Positions 1-8,380 of a stretch of DNA of 64,000 bases are shown one piece after another (the stretch's first letter is position 1; every line of letters starts with the position of its first letter). The notes below the pieces were generated by a model. It was not told the DNA's origin, did not search any database, and was given only the letters and a program-made list of their open reading frames with translations. Source of the stretch: Gemmatimonadota bacterium (GTDB taxonomy: Bacteria; Gemmatimonadota; Gemmatimonadetes; Palauibacterales; KS3-K002); the NCBI GenBank assembly GCA_039586575.1, contig JBDHKD010000037.1, positions 1,576 to 65,575 on the forward strand. Reading direction: 5' to 3'. The translations under genes were made by a program, and so were the position numbers.

Positions 1-205
1 GTAAGGGTGAAACGGTGGGGTAAGAGCCCACCGCCCGTGCGGGTGACCGCCGGGGCACGGCAAACCCCACCCGGAGCAAGGCCAAGCAGGGGAGAGTGGT
101 GGCCCGCCGCGTAATCATCCCCGGGTAGGCCGCATGAGGCGTCGGGTAACCGGCGTCCCAGACGAATGGCCCACTGGAACAGAACTCGGCTTACGGCTCC
201 CCTCC
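1..205 (+). ncRNA. rnpB: RNase P RNA, bacterial class A (3' part; 5' end outside the window)
   Basis: Conserved rnpB strings GGGTGAAACGGTGGGGTAAGAGCCCACC, GGCAAACCCCACCCGGAGCAAGGCCAA and the terminal ACAGAACTCGGCTTAC (179-194). Confidence 0.95.
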
Positions 206-372
206 GCGGCTTCAGTTAAGCGGCATCGAGCATCGCACGGCGGACATCCCACACCGAGAGCGGCGGCGCCGAGGCGCCGTGATCGTTGAGCGTCGGACTT
301 CGAGGCCCGCTCGGGGTTCGACGTTTTGTCCGCTGACCGGCGTACAGTATCACCTACACGCGAGAATCCACC

Positions 373-1665
373 GTGACCAAGAGCGGTGTCGTTCATTTCG
401 ATTTCAAAGAGCGGACCCTGGACAACGGTCTGCGGGTGATCGTGCAGGAGGATCACACCACGCCCGTCGTTTCCGTGCACATCATGTATCATGTGGGGTC
501 GAAGCACGAACGACCGGGCCGGACGGGGTTCGCGCACCTGTTCGAGCACCTCATGTTCCAAGGCTCGGAGCACGTGCGCGACGACGCCCACTTCAGGCTC
601 ATCCAGGACGCCGGCGGCACGCTGAACGGGAGCACCTGGTTCGACCGGACGAACTACTTCGAGACCTTGCCGGCGAACGAGCTCGATCTGGGGCTGTGGT
701 TGGAGTCGGATCGTCTGGGCTGGTTCGAATCCGCCATCACGCAGGAGAAACTGGACAACCAGCGTGACGTCGTGAAGAACGAGCGGCGGCAATCGTACGA
801 GAATCGGCCCTACGGCCTGGCCGTGGAGACGATTCTGGGGATGGCGTATCCGGAAGGTCACCCCTACCGGCACCCGACCATCGGGTACATGGAGGACCTG
901 GACGCGGCCAGCCTGGATGACGTCCGTGAGTTCTTCCGTACGTTCTACGCGCCGGACAATGCGGTGCTGGTGTTGGTCGGCGACCTGGAAGCCGAGCGCG
1001 GGTTCGATGCTGCGGCGAAGTATTTCGGTGAGATTCCACGTGGGCCTGGTGCCCGGCAGGTCACGGCCCCGTCGGTGCCTCCGGTGGTCGAGGTGCGCGA
1101 GAAGATCTATGACAACGTGCAGTTTCCGCGCGTCTATGTCTTCCACCATTCGCCGGCCTTAGGAAAACCCGGCTTCGAGGCTATCGACGTGTTGAGCTAT
1201 CTGCTCTCGGATGGCAAGAGCTCGCGACTGTACCAGAAGCTCGTATATGAGGAGCGCATCGCGCAGGATGTGTCGGCGCAGGTCTGGCCGACGGAAGACT
1301 GCGGTCTGTCGTTCGTCGTGGCCACGGCGCGCCCGGGTGTCACCGCGGAGACGCTGGAGTCGGCGATCCTCGATATCCTGGAGGGCACGCGGGGCGGCAC
1401 GATCAGCGAGCGCGAGGCGGAGGGTGGAGTGAACCGCGCGCTGCGCGAGCTGGTCAACGCGTTGGACGGGGTGGGGAATCGCAGCGATGCGATCGCGACG
1501 GCCGCGACGTTTCTCGGTCACCCCGAGTACGTAAACGAGTTGTTCGAGCGAGTGCAGGCGGTGACGCCTGAGAATATGGTAGCCGTGGCGAACGAATGGC
1601 TGGTCCCCGAACAGCGGGCCACCTTGTATGTACTTCCAGAGAAATCGGGAGTAGGTGGAGCGTGA
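373..1665 (+). CDS. M16 family zinc peptidase, catalytic subunit
   Basis: HxxEH motif (GFAHLFEHLMF), NGSTWFDRTNY, VVKNERR. Confidence 0.92.
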   Translation: MTKSGVVHFDFKERTLDNGLRVIVQEDHTTPVVSVHIMYHVGSKHERPGRTGFAHLFEHLMFQGSEHVRDDAHFRLIQDAGGTLNGSTWFDRTNYFETLPANELDLGLWLESDRLGWFESAITQEKLDNQRDVVKNERRQSYENRPYGLAVETILGMAYPEGHPYRHPTIGYMEDLDAASLDDVREFFRTFYAPDNAVLVLVGDLEAERGFDAAAKYFGEIPRGPGARQVTAPSVPPVVEVREKIYDNVQFPRVYVFHHSPALGKPGFEAIDVLSYLLSDGKSSRLYQKLVYEERIAQDVSAQVWPTEDCGLSFVVATARPGVTAETLESAILDILEGTRGGTISEREAEGGVNRALRELVNALDGVGNRSDAIATAATFLGHPEYVNELFERVQAVTPENMVAVANEWLVPEQRATLYVLPEKSGVGGA

Positions 1666-3041
1666 CGGCGAGCGGATCGTTTGATCGTAGCCGGCGTCCA
1701 GCCGCCGGATCGGCGCCCAAGATCGCGTTGCCAGCGTTCACCCGCCTGCGGCTCGCGAACGGGCTGAACGTGCTCTCGGTTCGCCACGATGACATGCCCG
1801 AGATCTCGGCGCGTCTGGTCTTTGGCCATGGAGCGTGCGAGGACGGCGAGGGCTACGCGGGCTCGGCGCTGCTGGTCGCGCGCGCGCTCACCGAGGGGAC
1901 GGCCGAGCGAGCGGCCCGCGATGTGGCTGCCTGGCTCGACTATCTGGGCGCACGGTTCAGCCTCGATGTCGATCACGACTCCTCACTCCTCAGCCTGCAC
2001 TTCCTGAGCCGGGTCATGGACGGCGCTTTCGAGTTTCTGGCCGAGATCGTCGCGCGCCCCGCCTTCGAGGCGGCGGAAGTGGAGCGGTTGCGGGATGAGC
2101 GGCTGGATGAGATCGCCAGCGGCCTGGACGAGCCGCGTATCATAGCGAATCTGCGTATGGGGGAGGCGAGCTTCGGCGAGCATCCCTACGGGATGAGGAC
2201 GGGTGGGGTGGAGGAAACGGTCCGGCAGATAGCACCGGAGACCTTGCGAGACTTCCACTCCCGCTTCTATCGGCCCAGCGGCGCGACGCTGATCCTGGTG
2301 GGTGACGTCCCCGGGCCGGACGAGTTGAGAGAGCGGCTGGAGAGAGCCTTTGCCGCCTGGGCTGGCGAGACGGCCGCGGCCCGGCCGCTGGACGAGCCCG
2401 AGCCGATTGAAGCGCGGCAGCTCTGGGGCATTCCGCGGGCCGGGCCGCAGAGCGAGGTCCGCGTGGGCGGCGTGGGGATCGCCCGGCGCGACCCCGGCTA
2501 TGGCGCCATGCTGGTGATGAACGCGATCCTCGGTGGCCTGTTCAGCTCGCGCATCAACATGAACCTGCGTGAGGACAAGGGCTGGACCTATGGGGCGACC
2601 TCGCGCTTCGAGGCACGGAAGCAGGCCGGCCCGTTCTACGTGGCCACGGCCGTCGACGCGGCCGCCACGGTCGATGCGGTGCGGGAGATCCTCGCCGAGA
2701 TGGAGCGAATGAAAACCGAGCCGCCTGGCACCGACGAGCTCGAGTTGGCGGTCAACGCTCTGACCCTGTCGCTCCCGCGGCTGTTCGAGACCGTGGACCA
2801 GGTCTCGGGACGCATCGCTCATCAGGTCGTGCACCGGCTACCTGACGACTATTGGGAGAGCTACCCCGACCAGATCAGGGCCGTGACCGCGGCCGACGTG
2901 CAGCGAATAGCCGAGCGGGTCCTGGCCACTGAGCGCGCGGCCATCGTTGTCGTGGGGCCGGTTCTCGACTTCCGCCGCGAGTTCGAGGCGCTGGGCCGGT
3001 TGGAGATTCGCGACGTCCACGGCCGCCCTGTGGAGGCCTAG
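1662..3041 (+). CDS. M16 family peptidase, non-catalytic partner subunit
   Basis: GTG overlaps the upstream TGA; LGGLFSSRINMNLREDKGWTYG motif; no HxxEH. Confidence 0.88.
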   Translation: MTASGSFDRSRRPAAGSAPKIALPAFTRLRLANGLNVLSVRHDDMPEISARLVFGHGACEDGEGYAGSALLVARALTEGTAERAARDVAAWLDYLGARFSLDVDHDSSLLSLHFLSRVMDGAFEFLAEIVARPAFEAAEVERLRDERLDEIASGLDEPRIIANLRMGEASFGEHPYGMRTGGVEETVRQIAPETLRDFHSRFYRPSGATLILVGDVPGPDELRERLERAFAAWAGETAAARPLDEPEPIEARQLWGIPRAGPQSEVRVGGVGIARRDPGYGAMLVMNAILGGLFSSRINMNLREDKGWTYGATSRFEARKQAGPFYVATAVDAAATVDAVREILAEMERMKTEPPGTDELELAVNALTLSLPRLFETVDQVSGRIAHQVVHRLPDDYWESYPDQIRAVTAADVQRIAERVLATERAAIVVVGPVLDFRREFEALGRLEIRDVHGRPVEA

Positions 3042-3067
3042 CTCCGGCGCGGGCCATCGCCATTCTC

Positions 3068-4447
3068 ATGCCTGCAACGATTACCGTTCGCCTGCTCGAC
3101 CTCTTCCGCGTCGGCATCGGACCGAGCTCCAGCCACACGGTGGGACCGATGCGCGCGGCACGCCTCTTCCGCCAGGCGTGCCTGGCCGCCGCGCTGCTCC
3201 CCGAACGCATCGAAGTCGACCTCAAAGGGTCGTTGAGCGCCACCGGCAGAGGTCATCTGACGGACCACGCGGTACTGGCGGGGCTGCACGGCTGGGATCC
3301 CGAGACTTGCGACATCGACGCCGTCCACGCGCTACCGGGAAGACTCGGCGAAGACCCCGCTGTTCCCTGGGGCGATGACACCGTCCGCGTCCACCCCAGC
3401 GCGATCCGGTTTCTGCGGCGCCACGAGTACCGCGACGAAGCACTGCCGCACCCGAACACCCTCGTGCTGCGGGCATGCGTCGGTGAGCAGACCGTCTTCG
3501 AGCAGACGTGGTGTTCGCTGGGCGGCGGATTCGTGAAGCTCGCCGGCAGCGAGAACGTGGACCCCTTCCCGGCGCCGCCCGCCCCGCCGCGCCATCCATT
3601 CCACGACTGCGCTTCGCTCTTGGATGCGGCACGCGCCATCAACGGCTCCATCGGTGATGTCATCCTCGCCAACGAGGCGGTTTGGGAATCGCGCCCTGGA
3701 GAATCTGCCGAGGGACTCGACCGCGTCTGGGAGGCCTTCCGTGCTTGCATCGCACGCGGCCTCGCGCAGCGTGGAACGCTTCCCGGCGGCCTGGGCGTCA
3801 AGCGCCGGGCCGCCGAGATGATCCAGCGCCTCGAGAGTGGCCGGGTCGAGGCCCCCTACGCGCCCGTGGCGCGCGCGCAGGCCTACGCCTTCGCCGTCAA
3901 CGAAGAGAACGCGGCGGGCGGACGGGTCGTGACCGCCCCGACCAATGGGGCCGCCGGCATCGTACCAGCCGTGCTGGTCGAAGCGGCCGAGCGTCTACAG
4001 CTCAAGCGAACCACGATCCGCTCCGCGCTGGCGACCGCCGCGGCCATCGGCATGCTCGTCAAGACCCACGCGAGCCTCTCGGGTGCCGAGGTCGGGTGCC
4101 AGGGGGAGGTGGGAACGGCGACCGCGATGGCCGCCGCTGCCCTCTGCCAGATCCTGGGCGGCGAGCTGAGACAGGTGGAGAACGCCGCCGAGATCGCCAT
4201 CGAGCACAACCTCGGCCTCACCTGCGATCCGATCCGCGGCCTCGTCCAAGCCCCCTGCATCGAGCGCAACGCCATGGGCGTCGCCAAGGCTTGGAGCGCC
4301 GCGCAACTCTCCCTCCACTCCGTCGTTGAACCCGTCGTCAGCCTCGACCGCGTCATCCGCGTCATGAAGCGCACGGGAGACGACATGCGTCGCGAGTACA
4401 AGGAGACCAGCGAAGCGGGGCTCGCCGTCTCTCTCCCCGAGTGCTAG
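3068..4447 (+). CDS. sdaA: L-serine ammonia-lyase (Fe-S, single chain)
   Basis: [40 protein letters not shown] motifs. Confidence 0.95.
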   Translation: MPATITVRLLDLFRVGIGPSSSHTVGPMRAARLFRQACLAAALLPERIEVDLKGSLSATGRGHLTDHAVLAGLHGWDPETCDIDAVHALPGRLGEDPAVPWGDDTVRVHPSAIRFLRRHEYRDEALPHPNTLVLRACVGEQTVFEQTWCSLGGGFVKLAGSENVDPFPAPPAPPRHPFHDCASLLDAARAINGSIGDVILANEAVWESRPGESAEGLDRVWEAFRACIARGLAQRGTLPGGLGVKRRAAEMIQRLESGRVEAPYAPVARAQAYAFAVNEENAAGGRVVTAPTNGAAGIVPAVLVEAAERLQLKRTTIRSALATAAAIGMLVKTHASLSGAEVGCQGEVGTATAMAAAALCQILGGELRQVENAAEIAIEHNLGLTCDPIRGLVQAPCIERNAMGVAKAWSAAQLSLHSVVEPVVSLDRVIRVMKRTGDDMRREYKETSEAGLAVSLPEC

Positions 4448-4620
4448 CCAGTCCCCCCTAAGCGCCGCCACCTCGATTTTCGGTATGTATTCGGTTACAT
4501 TGTTTGCATAGGGCCGGCCGTTCGGTCGGCGCGTCGGCGCGACGGTCCGCCGCCCGCCACGCTATCCCTTTCAGTGGGAAGGGCTTATACCACGGGTCGC
4601 CTGTCGGCTGCCGCGCTCTG

Positions 4621-4650
4621 GGAAACCCTGGCGGCCTTCGGAGCGTCTAT
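4621..4650 (+). promoter_or_regulatory. Putative ECF sigma-dependent promoter (GGAAAC-N17-CGTC)
   Basis: GGAAACCCTGGCGGCCTTCGGAGCGTCTAT upstream of the ECF sigma gene; fits the general AAC...CGT ECF pattern. Confidence 0.55.
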
Positions 4651-4958
4651 TAATAATGGAGAGCGGAACAGATGTGGGGGCCCGGTGGAATGGTGTCAGG
4701 GCTTACAGACAGCGGCGCACCGGGGTCCGGACCGCCGGCGGTCGGCCGGTCGTAAATACTGAGAGGGGTCAGACAGAAGTACTGAAAAACTTGCACGATG
4801 CGAGGCTGGGGCCTCCAGGGAGCAGCGGGCGCGCAGAAGCTCGAACTACGCGTGCCGGCAGGACTTAGCCGATCGGGCCGGCTGGCGTGAGCTGTGCTGC
4901 GGTCCGGGAATGGAACCTGCACTGGCGTGGGGGCGGGAGAAAAAGGGGGACCCAGAAC

Positions 4959-5678
4959 ATGATCGAGAACGAAGAAAAGGGCGGCGTTGCGCTAGTGGAG
5001 CCGCAAGCGGGCCCCGCGCAGGCATCGCCGAAGTCGGAAGGGTCGCAGGAAGAGATGGCACGGCTAGCGAAGAAGAGAGCCGACGTGCACGAGGCTGCAC
5101 TCGCCGAGCTGCAGGACAACGAGCTCGTGGCGCGGTTTCTGGATGGCAACGGTCTGGCTTTTCCCGAGCTGGTCCGCCGCTACCAGTCCCGGCTGCTCAA
5201 CTTCATCTACCGGACGATCGGTGACCGGGACCGGGCGGAGGACCTGGTCCAGGAGACTTTCATCCGGGTGTATCGCCACCTGCACCGCTTCGACCAGACC
5301 AAAAAGTTCTCGACCTGGATCTACACGATCGCCAGCAACCTGGCCAAGAACGAGTTGCGTAACCGCTCGCGGAACCCGCTCGTCCTCTTCCAGACCATCA
5401 AGAAGAACTGGGAGGCGGACCACCGGCCCCTTCAGTGGGAAGACCCCCACCACCGGCCGGACGACCTCTACCGCAAACGCCACCTGCGGGCCATGGTCGA
5501 GAAGGCGGTCGAACAGCTGCCCGAGCACCACCGCGTCGTCTTCGTGCTCCGCGAGATGGAAGGTAAGACGTACGAGGAGATCTCCGAGATCACCGGCGTC
5601 AACCTGGGCACCGTCAAGTCGCGGCTCAACCGGGCCCGCAACAACTTCGCGCAGATCATCGCCCCGATGCTCCGCTGA
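4959..5678 (+). CDS. ECF (sigma-70 group 4) RNA polymerase sigma factor
   Basis: Region 2 AEDLVQETF/FSTWIYTIASN and region 4 YEEISEITGVNLGTVKSRLNRAR; ATG at 4959 after a purine-rich RBS. Confidence 0.95.
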   Translation: MIENEEKGGVALVEPQAGPAQASPKSEGSQEEMARLAKKRADVHEAALAELQDNELVARFLDGNGLAFPELVRRYQSRLLNFIYRTIGDRDRAEDLVQETFIRVYRHLHRFDQTKKFSTWIYTIASNLAKNELRNRSRNPLVLFQTIKKNWEADHRPLQWEDPHHRPDDLYRKRHLRAMVEKAVEQLPEHHRVVFVLREMEGKTYEEISEITGVNLGTVKSRLNRARNNFAQIIAPMLR

Positions 5679-5709
5679 GCGGAGGACGCATCGGGGGACG
5701 GGCCAATTC

Positions 5710-5736
5710 AGCGCCAGCCAGTGGCTGGCGCTTTTC
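5710..5736 (+). terminator. Intrinsic terminator after the sigma gene
   Basis: AGCGCCAGCCA-G-TGGCTGGCGCT inverted repeat followed by TTTT. Confidence 0.75.
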
Positions 5737-5797
5737 TGTGTCCTTTCTTACGTTGTAGCACCCCTCCAAGCTGGGCTGCGAATCCCGGAACGGTTAT

Positions 5798-5823
5798 GGA
5801 ACACTGTGGGCGTTGGGGCGTAG
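5798..5823 (+). promoter_or_regulatory. Putative ECF promoter for the anti-sigma gene (GGAAC-N16-CGTAG)
   Basis: GGAACACTGTGGGCGTTGGGGCGTAG between the terminator and the anti-sigma start. Confidence 0.45.
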
Positions 5824-5883
5824 AAGGGTCGTTCCACCGATACTCAACCGGGCGTTGTGGAGTTCGGCCTCGGGGCGCGCGAA

Positions 5884-6447
5884 ATGGAATGTGAAGAGTT
5901 CTTAGCGGACTACTCGGACTTCCTCGACGAGCGGTTCGAGGAGCACACGTCAACCAGCTACCGTGAGCATGTGCTGAGCTGCGGGTCGTGCGCCGAGTAC
6001 GACCGAGTGGTGCGTGACGGTCTGGACCTGGTTAGGGGTCTGGAATCGCCGCTGTCATGTCCCGACATTCTTCCCCTGGTGAAAGACCGTGTGTTGGGGC
6101 CGCAGTGGGACTACGGTGAGCGGTCTCGCGGACTGGAGCGGGGAGCGATGATCGCCGGGCTGGCGGCGATCACGCTGGTTGTGACGAGTTTGCTGGCGAC
6201 GCTTGGGTCCGATCGGGTGACGGTGGAGTTGCCGCCGGTGGTCGTCGAGCCGGCGGTCGCAGAAGACCTCCCATCGCTCTGGGGGCCGGCGCCCAGGTTC
6301 ACGACCTCGATCAGCCTGTTGCAGGTACCCGATCTGGCGAACGACCGGTTGTTCGAGTCGCCTCGCGAGCGTCTGGCTGTTTTCCGGGCGCCACTCCGCA
6401 CGGCGAGCCACCAGCCGCCACAGGGCGAACAGGTAGTGATGGAGTAG
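5884..6447 (+). CDS. Zinc-binding (zf-HC2/ZAS) membrane anti-sigma factor
   Basis: MECEEF...HVLSCGSC (HxxxCxxC), one TM helix, located downstream of the ECF sigma. Confidence 0.8.
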   Translation: MECEEFLADYSDFLDERFEEHTSTSYREHVLSCGSCAEYDRVVRDGLDLVRGLESPLSCPDILPLVKDRVLGPQWDYGERSRGLERGAMIAGLAAITLVVTSLLATLGSDRVTVELPPVVVEPAVAEDLPSLWGPAPRFTTSISLLQVPDLANDRLFESPRERLAVFRAPLRTASHQPPQGEQVVME

Positions 6448-6504
6448 GGCGGCGGCTCGTCACTCTGTGTTGACACTCTTCGATTACCCTTCCAATACTT
6501 CGGC

Positions 6505-7563
6505 ATGGGAGCGCTGAATTACGACCAGCTCAGTGATCGGCTGGCGAAGGGGAAGCTGGGGGGCAGTTATTTCCTCAAGGCGGACGATCCGTTCCTCCGC
6601 GATGAAGCGATCGCTCTGCTGATCGAAGCTCACCTTGCGGGCGGCTCGCCGGATTTCGATCTCGACCAGGCGAGCGGGGACGATCTGGATCCAGCCGGCC
6701 TGGCGTCGATGCTGGCGACCCCGCCCATGCTGTCGCAGTGCCGAGTGACGGTGATTCGCGATGCCCAGGGGTTGTCCCCCAGGGCGCGCTCGGTCGTCGA
6801 GGAATCGGTGCGCCAGCAGGTGTCGAATCGGGTCCTGGTCCTGGCGGCCCAGGTGCCGCGCGGCTCGAAGGCGAAGTTCTATGATGTCCTTCGCGAGCAT
6901 TGCCTAACAATTTCCTTGCGCGCGCCCGGCACCTCCGAGTTGCCGGGCTGGCTTGCCATGCGTGCCCGGTCGCTTCACGGAGTGGAGCTCGAGATGCCTG
7001 CGGCGCAGCTCTTGGCTGCTGCCATCGGGACGCGTCTGGGTGTGCTGGCCCAGGAGCTGGAGAAGCTGGTCAGCTACGTCGAGCCAGCCAAGACGATTGG
7101 GCTGGCCGAGGTTCGCGAGGCCGTCGGTGCGCTTCCCCAGGTTGACCGCTGGAACTGGATCGACACGGTGGCGGAGCGGCGGTTGGGACCGGCGCTGGCG
7201 GAACTGCCGGCGCTCTTGGACTCGGGCGAGAGCGCGGTCGGTCTGATTGGATTCCTGTCGGAAGCGCTGATTCGCGTGGGGCTGGCACGTTCGGGAGAGG
7301 CCGAGCTGGTGAAAGTGCTCAAGCGCGACGGCAGTTACGGCCACCTCGCCTGGAAGGTCCGCACTTTCGTGCGGCAGTCGCGCCGTTGGACAGATGATGA
7401 GATCTCCGCCGCTCTTGCGGAGCTGTTGCGGGCCGACCGGTTGATCAAGTCGGGCGGCCTCTCCGATCGCGCCGCGCTCGAGGAAGCGCTGTTGCGGATC
7501 GGGGCCGGCAACGGCCCGGCGCGGCAGACATCGGGTGCCGGAGGTGGGAGGACGCGTGAATAG
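6505..7563 (+). CDS. holA: DNA polymerase III delta subunit
   Basis: TPPMLS..RVTVIR, QELEKL and ADRLIKSG patterns; 352 aa. Confidence 0.85.
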   Translation: MGALNYDQLSDRLAKGKLGGSYFLKADDPFLRDEAIALLIEAHLAGGSPDFDLDQASGDDLDPAGLASMLATPPMLSQCRVTVIRDAQGLSPRARSVVEESVRQQVSNRVLVLAAQVPRGSKAKFYDVLREHCLTISLRAPGTSELPGWLAMRARSLHGVELEMPAAQLLAAAIGTRLGVLAQELEKLVSYVEPAKTIGLAEVREAVGALPQVDRWNWIDTVAERRLGPALAELPALLDSGESAVGLIGFLSEALIRVGLARSGEAELVKVLKRDGSYGHLAWKVRTFVRQSRRWTDDEISAALAELLRADRLIKSGGLSDRAALEEALLRIGAGNGPARQTSGAGGGRTRE

Positions 7564-8380
7564 GTGGAGCGCTACTCAGCAGCGGTCGTTCGCATGGGTG
7601 GTTCTGTGGGCGGTCGGCCTACTCTGGGCCGGGCCGGGCGGGGCGCAGCAGGCGGCGCTGCTCGAGCAGGCGGAGCGCATGGCCGATCGCGGCGAGGTCC
7701 GCGAGGCCCGGCAGACGCTGGCCCGCTGGGAGAGCGATTTCGGGGGGTCGGCGCCGGTGGAGCAGCGAGCCCGTGCCTGGTTCCTGGCGGGTCGGCTGGC
7801 CGAAGAAGGCGAAGAGGCCGAGTTGCACTACCTGCGGGTGATCGTCGAGGGTTCCTCGACGACGTACGCCGACGATGCGCTGCTGCGCTTGGCTCAGTTC
7901 AAGTATGCCCAAGAAGAGTACGCGAAGGTCGTCGAATACCTGGGACGACTGCGGCGTGACTACCCGACGAGCGAGCACGGCCCCGAGGCTTTGCTTTGGC
8001 TCTCCCGGGCCACACGCCAGCTGGGCGACCTGCAACGGGCCTGCGCGGCCGCGGAGCAGGGGCTGGTCGAGCTGGCGCCCGGCGATACGCTGCTCCAGCG
8101 CTCGCTACGTGAGGAGCGCCAGGCTTGCGGCGCCGCGGAGCGCACCTACACCGTCCAGGTCGCAGCCTTTCAAGATGAGGGGGCAGCCCAGAACCTCGCG
8201 CGCGAGCTTCTCATCGAGGGTTTCGACGCTTGGGTGCTGGCCGCTTCACCCAACGATCCCATCTACCGGGTGCGGGTCGGGCGCGGGCTGCTGGAGCCGG
8301 AGGCACAGGCGTTGCTCGAACGGCTAACCAGGGTGGGGCACTCGCCGTTCCTGGTGTCGCAGCCGGAGAGCCGTCGCTGA
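7556..8380 (+). CDS. TPR + SPOR domain exported protein
   Basis: Signal peptide, TPR-like ADDALLRLA/YPTS repeats, C-terminal YTVQVAAF...YRVRVG SPOR motif; GTG at 7556 after GGGAGG. Confidence 0.8.
   Translation: MNRWSATQQRSFAWVVLWAVGLLWAGPGGAQQAALLEQAERMADRGEVREARQTLARWESDFGGSAPVEQRARAWFLAGRLAEEGEEAELHYLRVIVEGSSTTYADDALLRLAQFKYAQEEYAKVVEYLGRLRRDYPTSEHGPEALLWLSRATRQLGDLQRACAAAEQGLVELAPGDTLLQRSLREERQACGAAERTYTVQVAAFQDEGAAQNLARELLIEGFDAWVLAASPNDPIYRVRVGRGLLEPEAQALLERLTRVGHSPFLVSQPESRR

Noticed and set aside
239-336. tRNA or tRNA-Sec (acceptor-like stem, GGACTTCGA, GGTTCGAC)
   Set aside because: The T-stem would be almost all G-U, and there is no D-arm, no UCA anticodon and no CCA context
115-1149. 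Long minus-strand ORFs, here and at 29457-31100, 35456-36931, 49635-51536 and 58429-59946
   Set aside because: Antisense shadows of well-supported + strand genes, as expected at high GC; no recognisable motifs
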